Source: Patescibacteria group bacterium
GTDB taxonomy: Bacteria > Patescibacteriota > Minisyncoccia > Phycocordibacterales > JBBUBG01
Assembly: GCA_040384765.1 (NCBI GenBank)
Contig: JAZKIQ010000004.1
Location: forward strand, 17,916-50,396
Length of the DNA stretch: 32,481 nucleotides
Direction of reading: 5' to 3'
Under the pieces are notes generated by a model, which saw nothing but the letters and a program-made list of their open reading frames with translations, was not told the origin of the DNA and did no database searches. Positions 1 through 8,812 of the stretch are shown piece by piece; position 1 is the stretch's first letter, and every line of letters begins with the position of its first letter. Made by a program: the position numbers and the translations under genes.

Positions 1-710
1 GCCGCAACCTCAATTTTTATAGGAACGGGGCGTTCGTGAACGGTCTCTCCGGGAATGACTTTTGGCAATACCGCTTCCCCGTAGGGTGCGCCCTCTTCGG
101 CCTCAGCCAAAGGGAGCTTTGTCCCCACAGGCTGTTCCTGCTTGGGGGCCGGGACTGCGCTCGCTGATGGCGGCACATGTTGAACCTCCTCTCCTTTATT
201 GGGAGTATCTTCAGGGTGCTCGATCGATTTGAGGATCTCCTGCTGTTCCTTTGATGGCCCAGGTACTGCTTTCGATCCAAAGTCACCAGCAAGACTCGCC
301 ATCTCTGGGTTTTCGATACCTTCAAGAACGGTAGAGCGAGAGGGCTGCGGCTCTGTGGGAGCCGGAGCAGCCTCTGCTTTCTCTTTGCTTCCCTCCCGCA
401 ACTCCTTGAGCGCTTCGCGTACTTTCAAAAAAACCTCTTGGTTGATATCGGCTGCGATCTGTGCGGCTTTCTCGCGCGGCAAAGCAAGCCTTTTCGCGAG
501 GTGGTCGATAAACTCGTCGGTATGTGTTTCGCCGAGGAGCACGAGATTTACCTCGTCAGAGAGCTCTTCTCCAACATCAAGATGAAGTCCGTATTTGTTT
601 CCGATCGTAAAGAGAGTCTGTCCAAGCTCTCCAGATGCCAAAAGCTCCTGTATCGGTTCTGGCAAAGAGTCTAGTTTTTCTGCGATGAGTTGGAGCGATG
701 TAGTGGACAT
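1..710 (-). CDS. Hypothetical protein, 3' end outside the window (helical N-terminal domain, then Pro/Glu-rich tail)
   Basis: Not in the ORF track. Read manually from ATG at 710 (2 nt after the stop of the 760-aa gene): MSTTSLQLIAEKLDSLPEPIQELLASGELGQTLFTIGNKYGLHLDVGEELSDEVNLVLLGET..., open to the window edge. Confidence 0.8.
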   Translation of the reverse strand, partial: MSTTSLQLIAEKLDSLPEPIQELLASGELGQTLFTIGNKYGLHLDVGEELSDEVNLVLLGETHTDEFIDHLAKRLALPREKAAQIAADINQEVFLKVREALKELREGSKEKAEAAPAPTEPQPSRSTVLEGIENPEMASLAGDFGSKAVPGPSKEQQEILKSIEHPEDTPNKGEEVQHVPPSASAVPAPKQEQPVGTKLPLAEAEEGAPYGEAVLPKVIPGETVHERPVPIKIEVA

Positions 711-712
711 GA

Positions 713-2995
713 TTATTTGTACGCCTTGGCAAGGAGGCCGCGGCCCGTCGTGATTTCGGTATTAAACGCAACAACCTTTGCGCTCGCTGTACCAGCTGCG
801 ACTTGGGCTGCAATCATCTTCTTCATCTCATATTTATACCCCTTTGTTTTGTCGTTCAAAGCAAAACGGAGAAGGGTCGAGTTGGAAAGGAGCTCAAGGA
901 GCGTTGGATTCTTTTTGAAGTCGCTCCATCCAAGGTCGAGGAGGAATTTCTTCTTGTCGTTCTTTTCGAGCTCGTCAAACATATCCTTGAGGGCCACAGG
1001 GTTGCTTTCTCCCTTCAGCTCCTTCTTGATCTCATCGGTAAACTTCTCAAGCTCTTCGTCACCTTTCTTCCTCTGCTCCTCTTTTGTTGGCTTCCCTGCC
1101 CCACCACCGTAGATGTTAATTCCCTTTTGGCCGATCTGTGCACCGAGGGTTCCCGTTGCAGAGTTTATGCCAGAGGAAAGCTTGTTAAGGCCGTAGGTGC
1201 CAGCAGTTGCCCCTCCTCGGATTGCCGAAGCTGCTCCACCTGTCACCTTCTCGATCCCCCTTGCGAAGGTTGGCATGCCAAGCGCACCCGTTATGCGAGC
1301 AGTAGCTTGTCCGCCTTTTTCAGCCAAGGCTGCACTTGCCACGAATGGTGCCCCAGCGAGGAAGCCGACACCGAGCGTGTTGACACGTCTTGCAAAGCCT
1401 TCGGCTGTTTCGGCTCCCCATGCCCCCGTCTGCTTTGCGAGGATAAGTGCACCAAGCATTGATGCGATAATAAGGATAAATTGAAATACGAGGCCGATCG
1501 ACCCACCCAGAAAGGCCATGCTCAGAGTTTCTTTTTGGTTGTTGTTTATAAATGGAAGGACGTTTGCCATTTGTGCCGAAACATACAGTCCAAAAAGATA
1601 TACGGCGGGGAAAAGTGCATTTTGAAAGAGGGCCGCCCACCACATATCCCACAGCTTGCGTGTCGCGGGCAGAAGCATTGCCATAAAGGCAATTGCAGCA
1701 AACATGATTACGAAGGTAAGGGTGATCATGCGCATAAACAGCATCATTCCGCCTGCAAGGAACGTGAATCCTGTTACCGCAAGAAAGGCGATGTTCCCTG
1801 CCATAAATATGAGGAAGTCAGTATTCCCCGGATTTGCAAAGTCTACTTCCTTGCCATTTATATCTTTTGCCGATTCGCTACTAAAATTATAGATAGAGTG
1901 AATATTGAGTGCATTTGCGAATACGCCTGACACTCCTGCAGCGGAGTCGATTCCAGAGAATCCAAGAGTTTTTTGGTTTGCAAGAGTCACCGTACTTGCT
2001 GCCCCACTTTTCTTCGCGGTATTACCTGCCTCAACAAGCTTTTGATAGAAAAGCAGGCTGACCACGTTTGGGGTATCGATCACTACTTTTGCAAACAGCG
2101 CACTGAAGTTGATGAATACGGCCACAATAATGAGCCAGGCGATCATCTTCTTGGCTTCGGCGACTCTAAAATCAAGAACGTACGAAATTGATATATAGAG
2201 GAGAATAAAGATGAAGAATATGTTCGATACATCGCGCCCAAGCTTCCAGATCTCTCCTACAAAGGGTGAGTTTGCTACTTCCCCAAACTGAACAACGCAA
2301 TAATACAGAGCCCAGTCAAAAAATTGTGCCGCAACATACACCCAATATGTGAGTGCTGTCTGGACTACAGAAAGAACCAATGCAATGACCTGCTTTACTT
2401 TCTGTAGGACATCAGGAAGTATTTTGTCTGCTGCATCTTGTACCGTGTTGTAGCGTCCGGCCGTAGTATTCTCAATTGCTCCCTTCTCTACCCTTGCTTG
2501 CTGGTCTATCGTGAGAAAGCTATATACTTTGGCTTTATCTGCAGGAGCAAGATTCTGGAATTCAGCGCTCGCTTGGTTGGATGTTTCAGGATTGCGTACG
2601 CGTTCGGCCAAGCGAAACGCATCCTGATCCTCAAGGTTTCCAAATAAATATTGAGAGATCTTTTGACGGTCCTGAATTGAGCTATATCTCGAGTACTCTT
2701 TGTAGTTCCCGGCATCAATTTTGTTGGCCACTTCGACGGCTTGTTCTTCTGTCAGAAGCCCCGCTGTGTTTTGTGCTGGCGCACCATTAAACCAGTTAAT
2801 TGCGCTTATTGCGCCGTTGGTAATTGGTCGAGCTAGAGAATCTAAAATGCCGTCATTTGGGCCTGGCGTTAGGGGAGGGAGAGCTTGGGCATAGGTACTA
2901 GTCGGATAAAGAGAAAAAAATAGTATTCCAAGAAATATCAAACTTAAAGTTTGACGTAAGGCGAAGCTTCTTTTTTTGAGAAAGAATAATCTCAT
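713..2995 (-). CDS. Polytopic membrane protein, VirB6/TrbL-like (type seen in CPR genomes)
   Basis: 760 aa; signal peptide, many hydrophobic helices (WKLGRDVSNIFFIFILLYISI..., LIIVAVFINFSALFAKVVID), Gly/Ala-rich segment after the last TM helix. Family assignment is by recalled resemblance. Confidence 0.65.
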   Translation of the reverse strand: MRLFFLKKRSFALRQTLSLIFLGILFFSLYPTSTYAQALPPLTPGPNDGILDSLARPITNGAISAINWFNGAPAQNTAGLLTEEQAVEVANKIDAGNYKEYSRYSSIQDRQKISQYLFGNLEDQDAFRLAERVRNPETSNQASAEFQNLAPADKAKVYSFLTIDQQARVEKGAIENTTAGRYNTVQDAADKILPDVLQKVKQVIALVLSVVQTALTYWVYVAAQFFDWALYYCVVQFGEVANSPFVGEIWKLGRDVSNIFFIFILLYISISYVLDFRVAEAKKMIAWLIIVAVFINFSALFAKVVIDTPNVVSLLFYQKLVEAGNTAKKSGAASTVTLANQKTLGFSGIDSAAGVSGVFANALNIHSIYNFSSESAKDINGKEVDFANPGNTDFLIFMAGNIAFLAVTGFTFLAGGMMLFMRMITLTFVIMFAAIAFMAMLLPATRKLWDMWWAALFQNALFPAVYLFGLYVSAQMANVLPFINNNQKETLSMAFLGGSIGLVFQFILIIASMLGALILAKQTGAWGAETAEGFARRVNTLGVGFLAGAPFVASAALAEKGGQATARITGALGMPTFARGIEKVTGGAASAIRGGATAGTYGLNKLSSGINSATGTLGAQIGQKGINIYGGGAGKPTKEEQRKKGDEELEKFTDEIKKELKGESNPVALKDMFDELEKNDKKKFLLDLGWSDFKKNPTLLELLSNSTLLRFALNDKTKGYKYEMKKMIAAQVAAGTASAKVVAFNTEITTGRGLLAKAYK

Positions 2996-4659
2996 TGTAG
3001 TATCCCCGCTTTACATGCTACCAGTTTGTCGCGTGCTTCAAGAATGAGCGGGGTCATGCGGCTCTGCACCTCCGCGAGCTCAGCCTCAGCCGCGCCAATG
3101 TCGGTGTCGTTGTGAAAGGTGTCGCGACGTACGGAGTAGTTGGTAGCGAGGCTTGCGACTTTTTCTGCTGTTTGGGCAGAGTCCCCTCCGCTACTTAGGG
3201 CATTAAGCTCGGTAATGAACTGTACCGATGCCGCTGCGTCTATCTGAATAGGAGGGATGAGTGGGAGTATCTGTGTTTCGATGGTTGTGGAGGCTGCAGC
3301 TGCAAGCGCGAGCGCGTTTGCGTCAGGCGAGCCCGACACTGCTCCTGCTCCGACGTTGTTGGCGAGGAGCGCCGAAAGGTTGGAGATACCGCTTCCCTGT
3401 AGTTGGACAGGCAACCCTGCAGAGATGCCTGTCGCGGGTAGTGCTACGGCGCGGTCGCCAAGGTAGCACTTTTGAAGAGCTTCGAGGCCAGTTTTTGCAT
3501 TCACGAGTGCTGCCAGGGAGCTTTGCTTGTACGCGAGGTACTGCTGTTCGCGCAGAATGTCGGTGCGCATGAAGGAAAGGATCGAGTCGCGCGAGTAGAG
3601 AGCATCGCGGTCTTGGTTTGCAGCTACCTGGTCGAAATAGCTTGCGCTTGCTCCTGGCTGGCGCTTGGTGCTACCAAGAAGACCCTGGGCGCCGGTGAGC
3701 ACTTTCGAGATGAGCTGGTCTGCAAGGGCGGTCACCACTTCGTTGATCGAGTCTGCCACTTCGAGGCGGCGCGATGAAGAGTCGAGCGCATCGTTGAGCT
3801 GTGACTCGATGATGCTGCCCGGGGTGGTGATCTCATTTACGTTGTACGGGTTGCGCATCGAGATAAAGCCCCTGCCCCACTGGAGCTCCTGCTGCTTGAT
3901 GTTTGCCTCGACAGCTTTTTCACGGTCGAGCTCTGCTGCTGCATCGACGAGCTGCGCGTATGGGTTGTTTTCTCGGCGAGAAAGCTCGATCCATGTGCTC
4001 CAGCCGCCATTGTTGAAGTCAGTGAGAAAGTTGTTGAAGTTTTGCGCGGCTGCCGAGAGGGTGCATTGATAGCGCGGGATCGGGTTGCGGGCATATTCGG
4101 TGATCGAGAGAAGAATCTGTGCGCGGAAAGGAGAACAGAGGGCGTTGGAGAGCCCGAGTCTCTGAATGTATGCTCCCGACACTTGGTCGGCTACGTCGAG
4201 GAAAAACTGTTTTGGGTTGGTGACAAATGCAGGCGAGCCTTCAAAGCCCGAGTTGATCCACGATACGACACTTTTTGTCATCTGGGCGATGATTCGGTTG
4301 GTCGCAACCCAAGCGAGGCCGTCGAGCGTGAATTTGAACTTGCTCTCCTGGCGGGAAAGGTTGGTCTGGATATCGTTTACCGGCACTCCACCGACCGCGA
4401 TGCCAAGCTTTGCACCCACCAGGTTGCCGAGCGAGCCGAGTAGGCTGCTTCCTACGCCTCCTGTCGCTGCCCCGAGTCCTGCCCCTTTTGCAGCATCGAC
4501 TGCCGCGTCGGTAGCGGTATTTTCCGCAATCTCCGCTGCGATTGATGGATCAAGAGAAAGACTTGTAGATTGAGCGCCCGCAAGAATTGGATTGCCAAAG
4601 AGAAGCATCGCGAGAGCGAAGAGGAGCGACCGAGAAAAGATGCTGAGGTTGGATCGCAT
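2992..4659 (-). CDS. Secreted/membrane-anchored hypothetical protein
   Basis: 555-aa ORF, signal peptide, Gly-rich hydrophobic stretch, motif SVVSWINSGFEGSPAFVTNP, paired Cys; ATGA overlap with the downstream gene. Confidence 0.8.
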   Translation of the reverse strand: MRSNLSIFSRSLLFALAMLLFGNPILAGAQSTSLSLDPSIAAEIAENTATDAAVDAAKGAGLGAATGGVGSSLLGSLGNLVGAKLGIAVGGVPVNDIQTNLSRQESKFKFTLDGLAWVATNRIIAQMTKSVVSWINSGFEGSPAFVTNPKQFFLDVADQVSGAYIQRLGLSNALCSPFRAQILLSITEYARNPIPRYQCTLSAAAQNFNNFLTDFNNGGWSTWIELSRRENNPYAQLVDAAAELDREKAVEANIKQQELQWGRGFISMRNPYNVNEITTPGSIIESQLNDALDSSSRRLEVADSINEVVTALADQLISKVLTGAQGLLGSTKRQPGASASYFDQVAANQDRDALYSRDSILSFMRTDILREQQYLAYKQSSLAALVNAKTGLEALQKCYLGDRAVALPATGISAGLPVQLQGSGISNLSALLANNVGAGAVSGSPDANALALAAAASTTIETQILPLIPPIQIDAAASVQFITELNALSSGGDSAQTAEKVASLATNYSVRRDTFHNDTDIGAAEAELAEVQSRMTPLILEARDKLVACKAGILQ

Positions 4660-5456
4660 TAGAGTTTGAGTGCGAGTGCCGCGACAATGCGCTGCGAACT
4701 CGTGTGATACTCCTCAAGCGCAAGGGTGGCTGCGATCGGGTCTTCGTGCGCCACAGTCATTGTTTCGCTCGTATCGGCAAGCACCGCAAAGTCGTTTATG
4801 AAAAGCAGATGAAGTGCCACAAGCTCTTTTGGTACAGGTACGAGAAGAAGTGATTTTGCGATGTTTGCGTATGCCGCACCTGCCCGGGTGAGCATATCGG
4901 TCCCTACGGCGGTGCCGCTCTTAAAGGAAAGCTGTACGGCATCGAGCTCGTTTCCCAAGGTCTTGTATGAATATTTGGCGATTGAGTTGTTGAGTCTCTC
5001 TCGGTAGAGGAGGATCGCATCCGTGCTCGCTGTTTCGAGAATTGTTATATCCCTTTCGCTATATATTTTGCGGGCTGGCTTTCCGGCTTCGAGCTCGGCA
5101 ATGAGGGAGCTTGCGAGTGCTGCCTCTGTCTCTTTGGAGAGTGCCCCCGACTGTTTGAGCTCAGCGTATTTCGAGAGAAACTTTTGAGCAAAGCGATCTG
5201 TTTCGGTAAAGCTCTTGGCCTCCTCTTTCGGAAGTGTATTGTCGAGACTCGCGAGCCAGTCGGAAGGAGGTTGAACGAAAGAGGAGGCCTCTTTTTTGGG
5301 TTCATCGAACACCACCTCGAGGGTTGCCACTTTTTGCTTTGGCGGCTGAGACGCAAGAAAAATTGCGCCGCTCGCGATAAAAAGAGCAAACGCTAAAAGG
5401 CGAATTTTCTTGCTCGGAAGGTAAAGAGAGAGGTTCGACACGCCGGGGGAATTCAC
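4659..5456 (-). CDS. Hypothetical protein with N-terminal membrane anchor
   Basis: 265-aa ORF, one N-terminal hydrophobic helix, helical soluble domain; stop overlaps next start (TAATG). Confidence 0.8.
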   Translation of the reverse strand: MNSPGVSNLSLYLPSKKIRLLAFALFIASGAIFLASQPPKQKVATLEVVFDEPKKEASSFVQPPSDWLASLDNTLPKEEAKSFTETDRFAQKFLSKYAELKQSGALSKETEAALASSLIAELEAGKPARKIYSERDITILETASTDAILLYRERLNNSIAKYSYKTLGNELDAVQLSFKSGTAVGTDMLTRAGAAYANIAKSLLLVPVPKELVALHLLFINDFAVLADTSETMTVAHEDPIAATLALEEYHTSSQRIVAALALKL

Positions 5457-5468
5457 CGCCAGTGAATA

Positions 5469-5666
5469 GTAGGCTCCATCTCAAAAATATCGGCATTATT
5501 GCTGCGGTCGTCTACGTCCTGCCTATCGCTGCTGTGCCTGCTGAATTTCTGCTACGAACCTTCGAAATGCGAGGAGTAGTATGTTCATACAACTCCTCGC
5601 ATTTCTTGATTCTCGCAACGAAATTGAGCAGGCTCGCGACGCGATTATTTTTGAGATGGAGCCTAC
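5469..5666. repeat. MITE/REPIN-like element with perfect 20-bp terminal inverted repeats
   Basis: GTAGGCTCCATCTCAAAAAT (5469-5488) and its exact reverse complement (5647-5666); long internal hairpin GAAATGCGAGGAGT...ACTCCTCGCATTTC. Confidence 0.75.
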
Positions 5667-5690
5667 AGAAAGTATATCACCCTAAACCCT

Positions 5691-6497
5691 CTATTTTTCC
5701 TTATTTTTCAAGCTCTGTGTGGACAATTCCCCTGCCAGGCATGCCCATTTTGAAAGCGGCACCTCTTCCGCGCGCGCTGTGGGTAAAAGTGAGCATTTTT
5801 GGAGGCTTTCGGTGGCTATCTCTAGGTTGTTTGCGAGCAGTTTCCTTTTATGTGCAAAGCCTCGATGGATCATCTCGAAAAAAGACTCCTCGGTGAGTCC
5901 GTTTTGTATGAAAAAATCCTTTGAGATGTTCGTTATTTTAACAACAGATGAGTCTACCGCGGGGACGGGTGAAAATGCTCCAGCGGGCACGTGGGTGACG
6001 AGCGACGGGCTGCCATATGCAGCTATCGCGATGGAGAGAATGCTCTCCTTGCCGTCGCGCTTTAAAATGCGGTCTGCTACTTCGCGCTGAAGCATCAAAA
6101 TTGCCATCTGTGGAGGATTTTCGGCAGAAGAAAGCTTCTCAAGGAAGATCCCTGTGATGTAGTACGGAAGGTTTGCGACGACTTTGTAGCGCGCGCCAGT
6201 CTCCTCTTTGAGGGTTTTGCTCTCCCAAAGCAGAAGAATGTCTCCGTGGATAAGCTTAAAATCGGGGTTTCTACCAAACTTCTCATGGAGAAGCGGTATG
6301 AGGCGGTCGTCTTTTTCAACCGCAACCACCTTGCCTGCTTTTTCGAGCAGTTTTTCGGTGAGCGCTCCTTTGCCCGGGCCAATCTCAAGGATCACCTCCC
6401 CTTCCGTAATCTCCGCTGCCTCTACTATTTTTGAAATAGCACCAGGGGAGTTAAGAAAATTTTGCCCAAGCGACTTTTTGGCAGGGATTTCGTTCAT
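5691..6497 (-). CDS. rsmA: 16S rRNA m6,2A dimethyltransferase RsmA/KsgA
   Basis: KKSLGQNFL, ILEIGPGKGALT (SAM binding), VVANLPYYIT, LMLQREVADRI, FSPVPAVDS. Start moved to ATG 6497, which overlaps the pcrA stop. Confidence 0.97.
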   Translation of the reverse strand: MNEIPAKKSLGQNFLNSPGAISKIVEAAEITEGEVILEIGPGKGALTEKLLEKAGKVVAVEKDDRLIPLLHEKFGRNPDFKLIHGDILLLWESKTLKEETGARYKVVANLPYYITGIFLEKLSSAENPPQMAILMLQREVADRILKRDGKESILSIAIAAYGSPSLVTHVPAGAFSPVPAVDSSVVKITNISKDFFIQNGLTEESFFEMIHRGFAHKRKLLANNLEIATESLQKCSLLPTARAEEVPLSKWACLAGELSTQSLKNKEK

Positions 6498-8494
6498 TTC
6501 TTTTTGAATTTGTCGAACAGATCCCATTCGATCACCTCCTCGTTGTCTGTTGCATGTCCGCCGGCATGAGTCTCGCCCTCAAAGTAGAGGCCTTCACTCT
6601 TTTGTACGAGGTGAGGAGGTATGTCGGAGAGAAACTCGCTTGGCATGCTCACTCCCCGCGAGCCGTACACCATACGGGACTGTGCATAGGTAAGGACCAA
6701 GCGCTCTTCGGCACGCGTAATCGCTACATAAAAGAGCCGACGCTCCTCCTCGGATCGCTCTTCCCCGATCGAGCGCTCGTCGAAGCGCTTGTGAGGGAAC
6801 AGGTCTTGCTCGAGTCCAGTGACAAACACTGCCTTGAACTCGAGCCCTTTTGAAGCGTGCACCGTCATGAGCCGGACGGCGTTCTTCTCATCTTTGAGTG
6901 TGTCTGCCTCTGACATAAGCGCTGCGTCCGAGAGAAACTGGCCTACCCCCTCTTTCCCAAAAGCGTCGTATTTGGTCGCAATGGCTACGAGTTCTCCCAA
7001 GTTTTCGGCACGGTCTTGCTCGTCGTCCTCGGAAAGGTGCTCTTCAAAGCGGGTTTTTTCAAGAATGAATGAGATCAGCTCCGCGACAGTCTTCTCTTTC
7101 ATCGCATCGCGAATTGAAGCGACGAGAGCACGAAAATCGCTTATCTTCATACGCATCTTCTCAGGAAGGTCACTCTCACGTTCTTCGAGGATCTTGCCGA
7201 GGGTGGTCGCACCGATGCCGCGGGGTGGCACGTTGATCACGCGCTTGAGGCTTTCGGTGTCATCTGGATTTTCTGCAAGCCGAAGATATGCGAGGACATC
7301 GCGGATCTCTTTTCGATCATAAAAGCGCGTACCGAGAAGCTGGTACGGAAGTCTGTGCTTAAGAAACGCCTCTTCAAGGGCGCGCGACTGGAAGTTGGCT
7401 CGGAAAAGCACTGCAATCTCGCGAGCATTCACCCCTTTGTCGATCATCTCAACCGTGCGTTCTGCTACCGCGCGAGCCTCATCTCCTTCGGAAAAAGCCG
7501 ATACGATCTCTATCGGATGGCCGTCACCTTTTTTGGTAAACAGATTTTTCTCGTGCCGCTCTCGATTTTTCTTGATGATATGGTTTGCGGCGTCGAGGAT
7601 CGTTTTTGTGGAGCGGTAGTTCTCTTCGAGAAGCACAATTGCTGCAGAAGGATACTCTTTTTCGAAGTTGAGGATATTGCGGAAGTTTGCGCCACGCCAC
7701 GAATAGATCGTCTGATCTGTGTCCCCTACCACGCAGATATTCTTATATTTTGAGGCAAGGAGCCGCGCTATTTCGTACTGTGCCGTATTTGTATCCTGGT
7801 ATTCATCTATATGGATATATTTCCACGCCTCCTGATATTTCTCGAGGATATCGTGGTTTTTCTTGAAGAGGGTGACCACTTTCCCGAGCAGGTCATCAAA
7901 GTCGAGCGCTTTTTGCTTTGCTTTGAGCGCTTCGTATCGTGGCCAGGCAAGCGCAACCACGTTCACTCCGGTGCCTTTTTGCTCGGAGCTTTCGGCGAGG
8001 CCCTCGGGCGAGACGAGATTTCCTTTGTTGCGTGAGATCGCGCCGAGGAGCTTTGCTGGCTCCCACTGCTTTGGATCGAGGCCGATATCGCGAATCGCCT
8101 GCTTGAGCGTGGCGAGCTGCTCATCGCGGTCGTAGATGGTGAAATTTTTCGGAAGCCCGAGCCGCTCTGCTTCGTTGCGAAGAATATAGACGCCGAGAGC
8201 ATGAAATGTCGACAGAAAGGGAATGTCTCTTCTTGCTGTGCCAAAGATGCCTGCGGAGGTGGACTCTTTGCCAAGGAGCCGCAGGACGCGTCCGCGCATT
8301 TCAGCGGCCGCCTTGTTGGTAAAGGTGATCGCAAGGATCTCATGTGGGGGAATTCCCTTTTCGATCAGATTAAGTACTCGATAGGTAATCGTCTTTGTTT
8401 TCCCTGCGCCTGCTCCGGCGATCACGAGAAGCGGTCCTTCGGTCGTTTGGGCGGCCCTTTTTTGTTCTGGGTTGAGTGTTTCGAGATCGAGCAT
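6494..8494 (-). CDS. pcrA: ATP-dependent DNA helicase PcrA/UvrD
   Basis: LNPEQ, AGAGAGKT Walker A, ITFTNKAA, IDEYQDTN, VGDTDQTIYSWRGA, LEENYRS, MTVHASKGLEF, EERRLFYVAITRA. Confidence 0.96.
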   Translation of the reverse strand: MLDLETLNPEQKRAAQTTEGPLLVIAGAGAGKTKTITYRVLNLIEKGIPPHEILAITFTNKAAAEMRGRVLRLLGKESTSAGIFGTARRDIPFLSTFHALGVYILRNEAERLGLPKNFTIYDRDEQLATLKQAIRDIGLDPKQWEPAKLLGAISRNKGNLVSPEGLAESSEQKGTGVNVVALAWPRYEALKAKQKALDFDDLLGKVVTLFKKNHDILEKYQEAWKYIHIDEYQDTNTAQYEIARLLASKYKNICVVGDTDQTIYSWRGANFRNILNFEKEYPSAAIVLLEENYRSTKTILDAANHIIKKNRERHEKNLFTKKGDGHPIEIVSAFSEGDEARAVAERTVEMIDKGVNAREIAVLFRANFQSRALEEAFLKHRLPYQLLGTRFYDRKEIRDVLAYLRLAENPDDTESLKRVINVPPRGIGATTLGKILEERESDLPEKMRMKISDFRALVASIRDAMKEKTVAELISFILEKTRFEEHLSEDDEQDRAENLGELVAIATKYDAFGKEGVGQFLSDAALMSEADTLKDEKNAVRLMTVHASKGLEFKAVFVTGLEQDLFPHKRFDERSIGEERSEEERRLFYVAITRAEERLVLTYAQSRMVYGSRGVSMPSEFLSDIPPHLVQKSEGLYFEGETHAGGHATDNEEVIEWDLFDKFKKK

Positions 8495-8516
8495 TGGAAC
8501 ATACTAACGCAAAACA

Positions 8517-8555
8517 AAAAACCACGCGATTTTCTCCGAAAATCGCGTGGTTTTT
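8517..8555. terminator. Intrinsic terminator-like hairpin downstream of the 81-aa gene
   Basis: AAAAACCACGCGATTTTC-TCC-GAAAATCGCGTGGTTTTT, perfect stem with A/T tails on both sides. Confidence 0.8.
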
Positions 8556-8565
8556 GTGAGAGATT

Positions 8566-8811
8566 TTAAAGAAAGTCAGGGTCTTTCGCGGCTATTTCGG
8601 CGCTAGCTTGCATAAGCGCTCCCCCGATCTTTGGCGTTTCCCGCTCGCTGAGCTCATCGAGCTTCTTTCCTACCTCCATGGCATCCATCTCATTCCCAAG
8701 CTTGTACATTTCGGTGATGATCTCGCTCGACTTGGTGCGAAATGCGCCCATAGACGCTTCGATCTCGGCAAGAAGCTCCTCGGGGGTTTTGGTTGTATGT
8801 TTTGTGCTCAT
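8566..8811 (-). CDS. Small helical hypothetical protein
   Basis: 81-aa ORF starting 1 nt after the stop of the 1009-aa gene and followed by a terminator. Confidence 0.75.
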   Translation of the reverse strand: MSTKHTTKTPEELLAEIEASMGAFRTKSSEIITEMYKLGNEMDAMEVGKKLDELSERETPKIGGALMQASAEIAAKDPDFL

Positions 8812-8812
8812 G

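Noticed and set aside
5462-5896. 144-aa + strand ORF across the inverted-repeat element, as a possible transposase remnant
   Set aside because: No transposase motifs, and it overlaps rsmA antisense.
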